Part shown: positions 26,471 to 37,514 of the stretch, one piece after another
Layout: each line of letters begins with the position of its first letter
Numbering within the stretch: position 1 is the first letter of the stretch
Assembly (NCBI RefSeq): GCF_006345805.1
Contig: NW_021833964.1
Coordinates: forward strand, 1 to 52,332
Direction of reading: 5' to 3'
Length of the DNA stretch: 52,332 nt
From: Octopus sinensis
Taxonomy: Eukaryota
The notes under the pieces: generated by a model
Databases searched by the model: none
What the model saw: the letters and a program-made list of their open reading frames with translations, nothing else
What the model was told of the DNA's origin: nothing
Made by a program: the position numbers and the translations under genes

Positions 26471-28918
26471 GCCGCGTCCCTTGTGTTAGATCCCTTGAAT
26501 CGACTTTGGCTGAAGAATCTCTCCAGTTCTGTCTTGTTTTATATCCAGAGTGAGTTTCTAGTCTAGGCAGAGAGGCCTGAGAACTTTTGTTGTCATCGAC
26601 GCTCGTCATGGTAACAGAAGCCTCGTACTGAAGAGACATTTGTTCACAAATATAATCCCCCTGTTTGCTCTCGCCTAAAAACCTATTGGATGAATCTATA
26701 CCATCGTTGTATTGTTCGTTCCGTTGATTGTTCCTTCGCACAATACAAACGGTGATAGAGACGACAACAGCTACCGCCACTATTACTGTGGACATAACGA
26801 TTATTATCATTAAATTAATATGAATTCGGTTATCCGATTCTGTGTCCTCTGCTGAATACATCTTTGAGGTTGTGTTACTGACAGTCAGTGTTAAAGAAAG
26901 CGTCGTCGTTGCAGACAGAATTGGACTTCCGCTGTCTTTGACGATAAAACTTAACTCGTACGAACCTGCATCGTTCTGGTAGACGGTTCGAGAGAAAGAT
27001 AGAACTCCCGTATAAGGATTCACCGTGAATAATTGCTTATGGTTGCCTCCTAGAATCTCGTACCGGAGGAAAGCATTGACATGACTGTCTCTGTCCGAAG
27101 ACCTAAGAACTGTGATATCATTTTCACTTTGTGGGTTATAGTAGACGTCCAAACTGAATGGATTCACGCTGGGGAACGTAAAATATGGAGCATTGTCGTT
27201 CTCATCCATTACTTCAACAATTACATGTGCTGTATTGTTTAGCGATGGCGTTCCATTGTCTCTTACAAATACCTTGAATTTGTAAACATCTTGCTGTTCA
27301 AAGTCTAGCGGTTTGGTTGTAGAAATAAATCCAAAATTGGATATCTCAAATGGAAGGAAACTATAATCTTCGGCCAAGAGCGAATAAATCAGTTGACCTC
27401 CGTCTCCCAGATCAAGATCTGTGGCATTTATGAAGCCTATAGGGAAATTCGGATCTTCATTTTCGTATGTTAGAAATTTATATGTATCTTTAGTAAACTG
27501 AGGCTGTATGTCATTAACATCCAGTACCTGTACCGAAAACTTACCCTCTGTTCTCTGTGGAGGCGAACCTTCGTCTTTGCAGACGATCGTAAAATCTATG
27601 AAGCTCTCAGTTTCTCGATCGATCCGATTTTTCACAATAACTTTATATTTCTTCCTTCCTAAACTGAGTAATTGCAGTTTATCATGGTGGAGTTCACAGC
27701 TAACCTCGCTGTTCATTCCAACATCGTTGTCAAGGACTTTGACGTAGGCTATAAAACTGCCTACTTTCACTCCTTCCGAAATGGCGGCCGTATTTTCCTT
27801 GGAACCCGAAACGAATTTTACGTCTAAAGATGGCGCTGTGTTATGTTGGTTGATTATGTTCACCAAGACGAGTGCATCAGAACTCATTGGCGGGTTACCT
27901 TGATCTGTTGCCTCAATAAATAATTTATAGGTCTTTCGTTCTCCGAATGAAAAGTTTCTGGTGAGAAATATTCCACCAGTTTTTTCATCTATCTCAAACA
28001 TCGATCTTACCGCACTCGGAGTTTCAGAACTGAAATGATACGTAATTTCGCCGTTTTTGCCAGAATCTAAATCAGTAGCTGTTAAAGTAACAACTGGTTT
28101 GTCTCGGCGATACGTGTTTTTGACAGTGACGTTGTATACGTTAAGCGAAAATGTGGAATGTTATCATTTTCATCTGTGACTAATATAAAAACGTCTAAGA
28201 TACTTTGGCGGGAAGGAAAGCCGCCATCTTTAGCAATTACTTGAAGTTTGTACGTGTCTTTTTGTTCTCTGTCCAGTTTCTTTTCTAGCTTAATATCAAG
28301 GTTTGCCTTGCCATCAACTCTTTTTGAGACGGATAATGAAAAAGGGTCATCAAATTCTTTGTTTAATTGATAGGTTATTTCAGAATTGGATAATCCGACA
28401 TCTTTATCAATAGCGTTCGGGATAGATCTTTTGAGTCCTTTACTGTCATCCTCAGAAAATGTTATATCAATTTGTTTGACAGGGAATTCTGGTTGGTTAT
28501 CATTGATATCATTAATAATCAATCTGATTTCTAATATTTTCACAAACGATTGTTCATGCTGGACCGCTACTTCCACCATTTTAAAACACTCGGTGTTGTA
28601 TTTACACAGAGTTTCGGCATCTAGCACCTCCGCCGTGTAAAGTTTACCGTTCTTGGAGACGTTAAATAAACGAGTAGTGGTCAATGTTTTGGGCTGCAGT
28701 TGGTTAAATGTGACCAGCCGGTGTTCACGGAGGGGAAAACTGTTCAAAAGCTGTGTATCAGCCGCAACATCACCAATAAAAGTTCCTTTTCTTGCTCCTT
28801 CTTCCACGTCGTATGTTATATCGACAGATGAAGATATGTTGGTGAAAATGAGCATGAGAAATACCTCGGTTAAGCAAATAATCCTTTGTGGTGAAGCAGA
28901 ATACACAAGATATTTCAT
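26469..28918 (-). CDS. PCDH: Protocadherin large coding exon: signal peptide, EC1-EC6, TM helix, proximal cytoplasmic tail (817 codons if one base is restored at 28148-28151); 3' exon(s) not identified
   Basis: ORFs 28082..29065 and 26457..28001 join into one cadherin protein. ATG at 28918 (MKYLVY...FLMLIFTNISSS|VDITY). EC1 has the C-X5-C motif (CKYNTEC) and DINDNQP; EC2 has LDRE and DENDNIP; EC4 has IDRE and DVNDIQP; EC5 has LDFE and DENDNAP; then EC6, a TM helix (INLMIIIVMSTVIVAVAVVVSITVCIV) and RRNNQR. Six ECs plus TM on one exon is the protocadherin layout. The specific paralog cannot be named. Confidence 0.93.
28148..28151 (-). other. 1-nt frameshift in the protocadherin, at the EC2/EC3 boundary
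   Basis: Minus strand reads CCA CAT TTT CGC, giving PHFRLTY...LLL* (stop at 28082-28084). Adding one T gives CAT TTT TCG CTT AAC GTA TAC = HFSLNVYNVTVKNTYRRDKPVVTLTATDLDSGKNGEITYHF, which runs in frame into the 28001 ORF. Confidence 0.9.
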
Positions 28919-28960
28919 TATTAGCTGAAGACAAGCAAGCACACTTTGGTGGAGAAGTAC

Positions 28961-28985
28961 CTGAAAGAAGATGGGAAAAATAATT
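28961..28985 (-). other. Splice acceptor of the protocadherin large exon (exon starts at 28960)
   Basis: Minus strand TTTTTCCCATCTTCTTTCAG|GTACTT: polypyrimidine tract plus CAG, 42 nt before the ATG; microsatellite-rich intron-like sequence lies upstream. Confidence 0.75.
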
Positions 28986-30106
28986 ATATTGATATAGCCA
29001 TATAGATATACAGATACACGCACGTAAGGACATACATGCACTCGCACGCTCACACTCACACACACGCACTGATTATCTTACTCTCTCTCTCTCTCACGTT
29101 CTCTCGCTCTCTTTCTCTTTCTCTCTCTCTCTCTCACATACATATATACAGATACGCATATACACGCATAGATACACACACATATAGTCATTTGCTCAAC
29201 ATTAAATAAATTATAACTAAAATGTCACGTTAAATTAAGAAAAGGTCCACGTGCATGCGCATGTATACGCACGCTCATATACACACTTATACGCATACAC
29301 AGATTCTTACAAGCAAATATATGAATGCATATATATATATGTGTGTGTATGTGTGTGTGTGTGTCTGTGTGTGTCTGCATGCATTATGTAAATATATCTT
29401 CATACACACGCATACACACACATATTTACATATATGTATATATGTATGTAAATGAGTGTGTGTGTATGTATGTGTGAATATGCACATATATACATTGGAG
29501 TGTGTGGTGTTAAACACATCTAACTATATACATTTTACTGATGTATAAAATACACATAGAGCGGTAATTATGTTTCATAAATGTCAAATCGAATCACCAT
29601 TTCCATCCTTACTTTATTGTATATAAAGGAGTGTCCGTATGTGTTTAAGTATGTGTGAGTATGTGTGTGTGTGTGTGCGTGCGTGTGTGTGTATGTGTGT
29701 GTGCGCGTGGCAGTGTAATGGGTGAGTGAGTGTCGGCGTGTGTGTGTGTACGTAAGTGTTTGACAGGGAGCATATTTATTCATGCGCATATATGTAAGGC
29801 CGCAGATATCCAGAAGTGTAGCGTTAAACACACACACACACACACACATACACACTCGCACACACACTCACACACACACACACATACACACACGCGCATA
29901 CATACATACACACACATACGCATTCCCAAATAACCAGGCATATTTACACGCATACACTTAAAATACACACACACATATATTTGCATATAAATATGTGTGT
30001 ATGTATGCTTTTATATGTGTGTATATACGCTTTTATATGTATATATATATATGTATATGCATATATACATATATATGTTTGTGCGTATATATATATATAT
30101 ACACAC

Positions 30107-30156
<50 letters not shown>

Positions 30157-30422
30157 ACACACATATATATATATATACACACAGATACACACACGTGTGC
30201 ATGTATATGTGAGTGAGTTAATGTATGCTCCTAAATGTATGTAACCTTTATTTGACGAAAAGCCGAGTGAAAAGTCAAAAGCTAAATTAATGAAGACAAT
30301 CTGTTATCTGTTTTGCGAAATGTTTTAAGAATTGAAAAATTCGTCAAATATTTTTCTTTTTATATATTTTCGTCCAGCCAAGCCTAGCCTAGAGAACGAT
30401 GTTGATTTTGGTTTTGCCGTTG

Positions 30423-30454
<32 letters not shown>

Positions 30455-31686
30455 GGTGGTGGTAGTGATAGTGGTGGTAGTGGTAGTGGTGGTGGTACCG
30501 CTGGTAGTGTTGTTGTTGCTGTTGATGTTGATGATGATATTGTTGTAGAAAGAATGGAAAAAGACAATGGAAGGAAAAAAGGAAAGGTATAATTTAAGAA
30601 AGAAAGGAAAGGAGGATAGAAAAAGAGAAGGAATAATACGTTAAGGAAGACTGGAAGTGTGTGGGGAGAATGAAATTCTGAAGGATAGAAGCAATGAAGA
30701 AAAAAGTGAAATGTAAGAATACATGAAGGAGGATAAAATGAAAGAGAGCAAGAAAGAAAGAAAACAGATTGAAAGAAAGAAAGAAAGAAAGAAAACAACG
30801 AATGACAGTGAAAAAGGAAGGAAAGATGAAGAAGACCAAAAGAACGAACGACAGAGGGGAGAATGAGAGAGAGAGGGGAAGAAAGAAAGACTGAAAGAAA
30901 AACGAAAAGAAAGGGAGGAAGAAAGAAAGAAAGAAAAAGGAAAGAAAGAAAGGGAAGATAGAAAGAATAAATAAACCAATGAATCGATGAATGAATAGAA
31001 GACCAAAATGCAGTCTGACATGAAGACTGTGGACGTTTAGAAAAGAACGAAAAAAAAGCAGACGACAGAGAAAATATTAGTTTCCTTCCATAATTATGGA
31101 AGGAAAGTAATGGGTAATTGTATGAGGGGACAAATAAAAAGTGAAAATGAATCGGTGGTGTTGATGGTGGCAATGATGATGATGATATCTAGCCATCGGC
31201 TGGCTCCCTATTTTACGGAATAGTGAAAATAATTGTTCGCAAAATGACCATCCTGCCTCTTTGTTCGTAGGGTTACGACTGCACGTGCAATTTAGGGTAT
31301 GTTACTGTTAATAGCTCTAGAGCCCATGTAGAAGCTACTCTACACATACACTTTAGGGGCAATAGTGATTATGGGGATGATGATGATGTCACAATGACAC
31401 TTAGTATTAACAACAACGATAATAACTACGTTCTTAAATCTTCCATCGTTTTTACCTTCAAGGAATCATATTTTTTTTCTAGTTTCAGCTCAGAGCTGTG
31501 GCCATGCTGGTGTATATATATATATATATATATACATACAACGGCGGTGCATCAGCATGGCCGCAGCTCTGAGCTGAAACTAGAGAAAAAAAAAAGAAAT
31601 ATATATATATATATATATAATATATATATATAATATATATATATATAATATATATATATATATTATATATTATTATTATTATTATA

Positions 31687-31724
<38 letters not shown>

Positions 31725-31842
31725 TATTATTATATTATATTTATTTATATTATGGAATATTACTTCCAAGTACACAGGAAAAAGACATTCAAATTAGATG
31801 TACTAAAATGAACATCTCTCAATGTTTAATTCGTATATATAA

Positions 31843-32183
31843 AAGTAATTTTAGAGACAGAACCACCTTCAACTCAATCAACACTGAAAGGTTTTATACC
31901 CGACCACTCCATAAAATGTTAAAAATTAAATCGTATACTAACTATATCTATTCTGAATCCTGTATTTTCCGTTTATAAGACTACACGTGTTTCATGAAAG
32001 TACATCGGTATTGATTGGATACGAGGCATCTAGTTGCAATACATACTCCCAATCTTCGGAAAATACAGGATTCAGAATAGATATAGTTAGTATAAGATTT
32101 AATTTTTAACATTTTATGGAGTGGTCGGGTATAAAACCTTTCAGTCTTGATTGAGATGAAGGTGGTTCTGTCTCTAAAATTAC

Positions 32184-32185
<2 letters not shown>
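31843..32185. mobile_element. Fold-back element with 129-bp inverted arms and an 85-nt spacer
   Basis: 31843-31971 and 32057-32185 are reverse complements with 3 mismatches; TA-rich flanks. Confidence 0.8.
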
Positions 32186-32263
<78 letters not shown>

Positions 32264-32352
32264 GGGAGAGTTTACGAAAAAAACAAAAGACGAAGAAAGG
32301 TGTGTACAAAACAAACAGATGTATTAGTATAACGCTCAGGAATAGAAAAAGT

Positions 32353-32388
32353 CTTTTACGTTTCGAGCCTACGCTCTTCTACAGAAAG
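32353..32388 (-). ncRNA. Minimal hammerhead-like motif (Penelope-type) with an A6U core variant
   Basis: CTTT-CTGTAGA-A-GAGC-GTAG-GCTC-GAAA-CG-TA-AAAG: 4-bp stem I, 4-bp stem II, ACGT palindromic stem III. Confidence 0.5.
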
Positions 32389-33436
32389 TGACACAGAAAA
32401 AACAAGGAGAGAAAAAATGTATGTAGTGGCTAACGATCTATCATGGCGATATATATATATATATATACATATATGTACATACATACATACATACATACAT
32501 ACATACATACATACATACATACAATATACATATAAATATATATATGTACATAATATATAATATATATGTCATATATCATGTAGGCGCAGGCGTATAGATG
32601 TTATATATCAGATACATTGTATTATTTTTATATATTATATTTTATCAAATCATATTCTATTATATATTTTTATATTTATCTGTTTGGCAAAATATTTTCA
32701 GTTTTTTATTGTCTTTTCGGCTTGAAATGCTATTTTTGTTAGCTGTAAATCTTTAGGTGAATTAGATTGGTTTCAATATGATGTTGGTCGTGGTGGTATG
32801 GTGGTATGGTGGTATGGTGGTAGTGGATAGTACTGATGACTTCGGTGGGGTTTGAGTGGTGGTGGATCCTGGTGGTGCTGATGATGGTAATGATGATGAT
32901 GATAGTGGTAGGAGATAACGGTAGTGATTGCAGCAGCGGTTGTAGTGATGTCAACAGCATTAGTAATATTGAATCGATGAGGATTCGGGTTTGCGATATG
33001 TTGGTAATGGTAGTGGTTATGATGGTAATGGAATTCGGGGGAGTGGTAGAGGTTGTTGTATAAACAGTGGTAGTACAGTTGTGGTTCTTGTATTTTTGTT
33101 GTAGGTGATAGTCGTGGTATTAGTTTTGATATTAATGGCGATGGTGGTGGTGGTGACGGTGGGGGTTGTAGCAGTAGTAGCGTTGGTTGTGGTGGTTGTG
33201 GTGGTGATGGTGGTGGTGGTGGTAGTTATGGTGATGGTGGTGGTGGTGACAATGGCTGTATTGACAGTTATAGGGGTGCTGTGTGAGGTGACAGGCGTAG
33301 GTTTTGTTGTTGTTGTTGTTGTGGCTGTCATGGTTGTTGTGGTTGTTCGATATGTGTTATCAGTGTCATCATTTAGCAGAATTCTCTAAATGTCAATTAA
33401 CAGATTACAGACTTAAGCACCGAAATGTTCATCATA

Positions 33437-33477
<41 letters not shown>

Positions 33478-33944
33478 TAACCATAATCTTCTCCAACCAT
33501 CATCAGGATCATCATTATCATTGCCAACCACCACCTACACCACCACTGCCACCACCACCAACACCACAACCACCACCACCACCACCACCACCACTACCAC
33601 CATCATCATCATCATCATCGTTATCAACCATCATTATTATCATTATCATTGTCATTTTCAATCTCTTAATTACTATTACAAGTACAAATGTTATCGTTTT
33701 AATTAATATTTTGAAAATTAATGAAATCATCACCACCACCACCACCATAACCGCCACCATGATCATGGCTGTAGAGTCCCCATCCGTACGAATCCTATGC
33801 TGAATGACTGCCTTTTTCTGTTTTCCAGTTTTCTAAGTTTGCGGTATGAAGTAAGTACCAGTTATACACTGGAGCCGCTAACAACTTTTTGCAGTCTTCT
33901 TTTCTACAAATGTGTAATGCTTAACAATATTAATAATTATTGAT

Positions 33945-34155
33945 TTCAGATTTTGACACAAGGCCATCAATTTCGGGGCGGGGTGGTTAATCGATTACAT
34001 CGATCACACAGTTTAACTGGTACTTATTTTATCGACCACGAAATGATAAAAGGCAAAGCTAACCTCGGCGGAATTTGAACCCAGAACATTTAAAACATGA
34101 AATACCGCTAAGCATTTTGCACAGCCTGCTAACGATACTGCCAGCTCTTCACCTA
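33945..34155 (-). mobile_element. SINE family E reverse copy
   Basis: CACAAGGCC...ACTGGTACTTATTTTATCGACC...CCTCGGCGGAATTTGAAC...GCTAAGCATTT...CTGCCAGCTC. Confidence 0.8.
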
Positions 34156-34914
34156 ACAATATTAGATATTGTCATCATTCTTTGACCAGCAGATGACCAC
34201 TCATGCTCTGCACTCGTGTGCAACAATGCTTTCTGTCAGTTTTTCTTTTTGTTACTTGTTTGGGTCTTTTTCGAATCACATTTTTGTTTAATACACCCAG
34301 TATTCCGGCTGTAATTTTTTGCATTGCTTTTACCTTAATGTTCGCTGGATGGGTATAGTGGAAGCGTGACGAAATACAGCTAAGCATTTCGCCCGGCGTG
34401 CCAAGGTTTCTGCCAGCTCGCCGCCTTAACTAACGAAATGTATTATAATCAAACTAAGCGAAACCGGGTTTAAAATAGTCACTTATGTACCTTCTTTTAT
34501 ACATGCACGGATTCATACATACATACATGCGTATGTGCGCGTGTGTGTGTGTGTTTGTTTGTTTGTGCGTGTGTGCGTGTATGTGTGTGTGTGTGTATGT
34601 GTGTGTGTGTGTGTGTGTGAGTGTGTGTGCGCGCGCGTGTGTGTGTGTGTGTGCGTGCCTATACATGTGTATTTGTAAACACTTCAGCTAAACTTCTGAA
34701 ATGTTTTGCGCAGTTTCACAGTTTCCTCGACATAAAAAGATATAGGATTAATTCAAGGATTCACAACACCACAGAGTGTCTTGTTTTTCTCAAAAATATC
34801 CATATTTTTACCCCATCAAAGATAATGAAATCCCCATCCTGCATTTAACTTTGGGATGGTAGCCCAGGAGTAAGTCAGATGTGTTTACGGCTTTGTTTAT
34901 GGTCTTTGGAACTG

Positions 34915-35600
34915 ATCAAAGTCGAAGAGTCGCCAGCTTCACAAGTAAGGAACAAAATCGAATGGTTTACGTTTCCTTAGATACTCACTGAAACCAAATT
35001 GCTCCTCTGCAGTTACATTTCTGAAATCACAGTTTTGTTAATAAGTAGTTGCTCGTCTCATTCCCAAACATTCCTTACTTTCCAATCGTTTGTCAGGCTG
35101 TAATGATATTTATTACTATCATATGGCCCTGGTGGAATAAGTTCGTACTAGCTGTGTACATCCTATACGTAAAATTCTGGAATGCAATTGGCAGATAATA
35201 CATTGCTACGTGAATGCCTTCATCCTTTGGTATCAAACTTGTTTATGCTAATGCTAACCAGATTGGTATGTTTACATTCCACAAGTATTTTAGTAGTAAA
35301 GTCTGATAAGATATCCTCAATAGAGGTCAATTTTTTGCATCAATAGCCGTCAACCAAATCTCTTCCTGATGTCTTTTTTCCTAAAGATTTTCAAGTTTCC
35401 TATCGCAGTCTCCCGGATGACATCATACTATGATGTTAGGTGGAGATAATATGACTCTAATTTCTTCTGCTTCCACTGCATCTGGGTTAATCCCTTTAGC
35501 CTCACTCCAGATTTTCCCAAAAAGGATTCTGCATCTTCTTGAGAGGAAATTCTCTGACTTTTATTCAATGTTCTTTCATCACTTTGTAAACCCGTGACTG
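34915..35600 (-). mobile_element. Degenerate non-LTR retrotransposon RT relic, R4/Dong-like
   Basis: Minus-strand fragments in the expected order: LIPKDE (35219-30), PIAFQNFTYRMYT (35153-91), DEQLLINKTV (35028-57), PFDFVP (34948-65, AFDSVP-like). Many stops and frameshifts. Clade assignment is by motif recognition only. Confidence 0.65.
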
Positions 35601-36047
35601 ATGTCAATCCAGTTTCTGCTTAAATATTTTCTTTCCGCTAACGAATTGTCTTACTGATAGCTTTTAACTTTCATTGAAGGTCATTGATTTGAATTCAAGA
35701 GATTTTTGCTGTTTTTATCTAAGAGCACTTTTTTTTTTCTATTTCATTTTCAAAATTCTGATGGCGTGAAATACTGTTTTATTGTTTATATTTGATAAGT
35801 TTTGCTGCATAGCGGATTAGTCTTCCGCAAAGCAAATCTCTCTGTCCGCCTCTCTCTCTCTCTCTCTCTTTCTCTTTCTCTTTTCCTCTGTCTTTCTTCT
35901 TTTCAAATCAAGAATTTTTATTTCATATTTTGTCATTGTCTAATATTTTCAAGTTTCTGTTGAACAGTTGTAAAGAGGGAATATAAGTAGGCGTTTATTT
36001 GTCAAAACGAAGTAATATTACACTTCCAAATATTCTTGTCTATTACG

Positions 36048-36245
36048 GGCACAAGGCCAGAATTTGGGGGGAGGGGGGTTAGTCGATTAATTCGACCCCA
36101 GTATTCAACTAGTAATATTTCATCCACCCGGAAAGGCTGAAAGATAAAGTCGACCTCGATGACATTTGAACTCAGAACGTAAAGACGGATGAAATGATGC
36201 TAAGCCTCTTACTCTGCGTGCTAAGGATTTTGCTAGCGTATCGCT
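36048..36245 (-). mobile_element. SINE family E reverse copy
   Basis: GGCACAAGGCC...TCGACCCCAG...AAAGTCGACCTCG...TTTGAACTCAGAACGTAAAGACGG. Confidence 0.8.
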
Positions 36246-36438
36246 GTGCCCTTGTAAATATATTCCTGTAGCTGATACGAGACAGCGTCAGCTCCATAGG
36301 TTTCTCATGGAACCCAGTTAGTTAGGGTGACTTTTGGTCGTATCTTAGAGTCAATATTAATCTTATTTTGAATCATTTCATTATAAATGTTATTTACTCA
36401 CTCAGCTCATGATATATTTCATATCGTAGCTGCATCTA

Positions 36439-36721
36439 CTTGTTCCTTCTCGAGCCACGCCTAGCACATAAGGGCCGGTTTCTCGGCGTATATGTTCCCC
36501 ACCTGGATAGGACGCCGGCCCGTCGCAGGTGAGCTGCAAGATGCAGGTGGAAAGAGTGAGAGAAAGTTGAGTCAGCAGAAGTTTGCCATTACCTTCTGCC
36601 GGAGCCGCGTGGAGCTTAGGTATTTCGCTCATAAACACACACATCGCCCGGTCTGAGATTCGAACCCGTGATCCCTCGACCGGGAGTCCATTGCTCTAAC
36701 CACTAGGCCATGTGCCTCCAC
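36439..36721 (-). mobile_element. SINE family D, full-length reverse copy
   Basis: Highly similar to the reverse complement of 19527-19830; TSD AGCT(G/A)CATCTA at 36428-38 and 36722-32. Confidence 0.9.
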
Positions 36722-37298
36722 AGCTACATCTATGATCTCTAACAGCTTGATGCAGTCAGTCAATCTTACGGTGAAGTAACATTGTGCCTGGTAGAGTCTA
36801 GTCTTTTGTCACAGACCTTGTTGCCATTGCTATAAGCATTTGCCTTCTAGCAACATATTCCTTTACAATTATTTGTGAACTATTCCTATTTTGCGAATAG
36901 AATTACTACCAACAAACTCGATCTTGCGTTCAATAAATGCTAGTACTTGTAATTGTTTTAGCTGGAAATAATTTATTTTTAGGTGAAGTTCGAAATATAA
37001 TTTCATTCTATTCGTATCACCAAAAGGGGAATATTCTTTTTTTTTTTCCCTCCACCATTTTGTAATGTCATAAGTCATTATTGAGTCCATATAACGCCAA
37101 GACTATATTTTATCTTTTCCACTTCTTCGTTAACAACAAGTAATACAATTCTATTTGCCTTTTTCGAATTTGTTTTTCGTCGGTTAGTGATGCTTCTGTT
37201 CACACCTAGTATTCCGATGTCTGTATAAACACACCACGTACACCTCTATGTATCTTCGCATGAATAAATGTATACATACATACATACATACATATATA

Positions 37299-37357
<59 letters not shown>

Positions 37358-37480
37358 TACACATATATACATATATATATACACACATAGATATGTATGT
37401 ATGTACGTCTATCTATCTATCTATATGTGTATATATATGTGTATATATATATATATGTGTGTGTATATATGTGTGTGTAT

Positions 37481-37514
<34 letters not shown>

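Noticed and set aside
28140-28160. Programmed -1 ribosomal frameshift rescuing the protocadherin
   Set aside because: There is no X XXY YYZ slippery heptamer (A CAT TTT C), and the T run is too short for transcriptional slippage.
28386-28928. Plus-strand ORFs antisense to the protocadherin (also 27508-27747)
   Set aside because: Shadow ORFs of the coding strand with no independent features.
28770-29069. ORF-track N-terminal extensions (MCVSVSV..., MRVCEC...) of the protocadherin
   Set aside because: They lie upstream of the acceptor at 28961 in (TG)n intron-like DNA; the signal peptide starts at 28918 or 28855.
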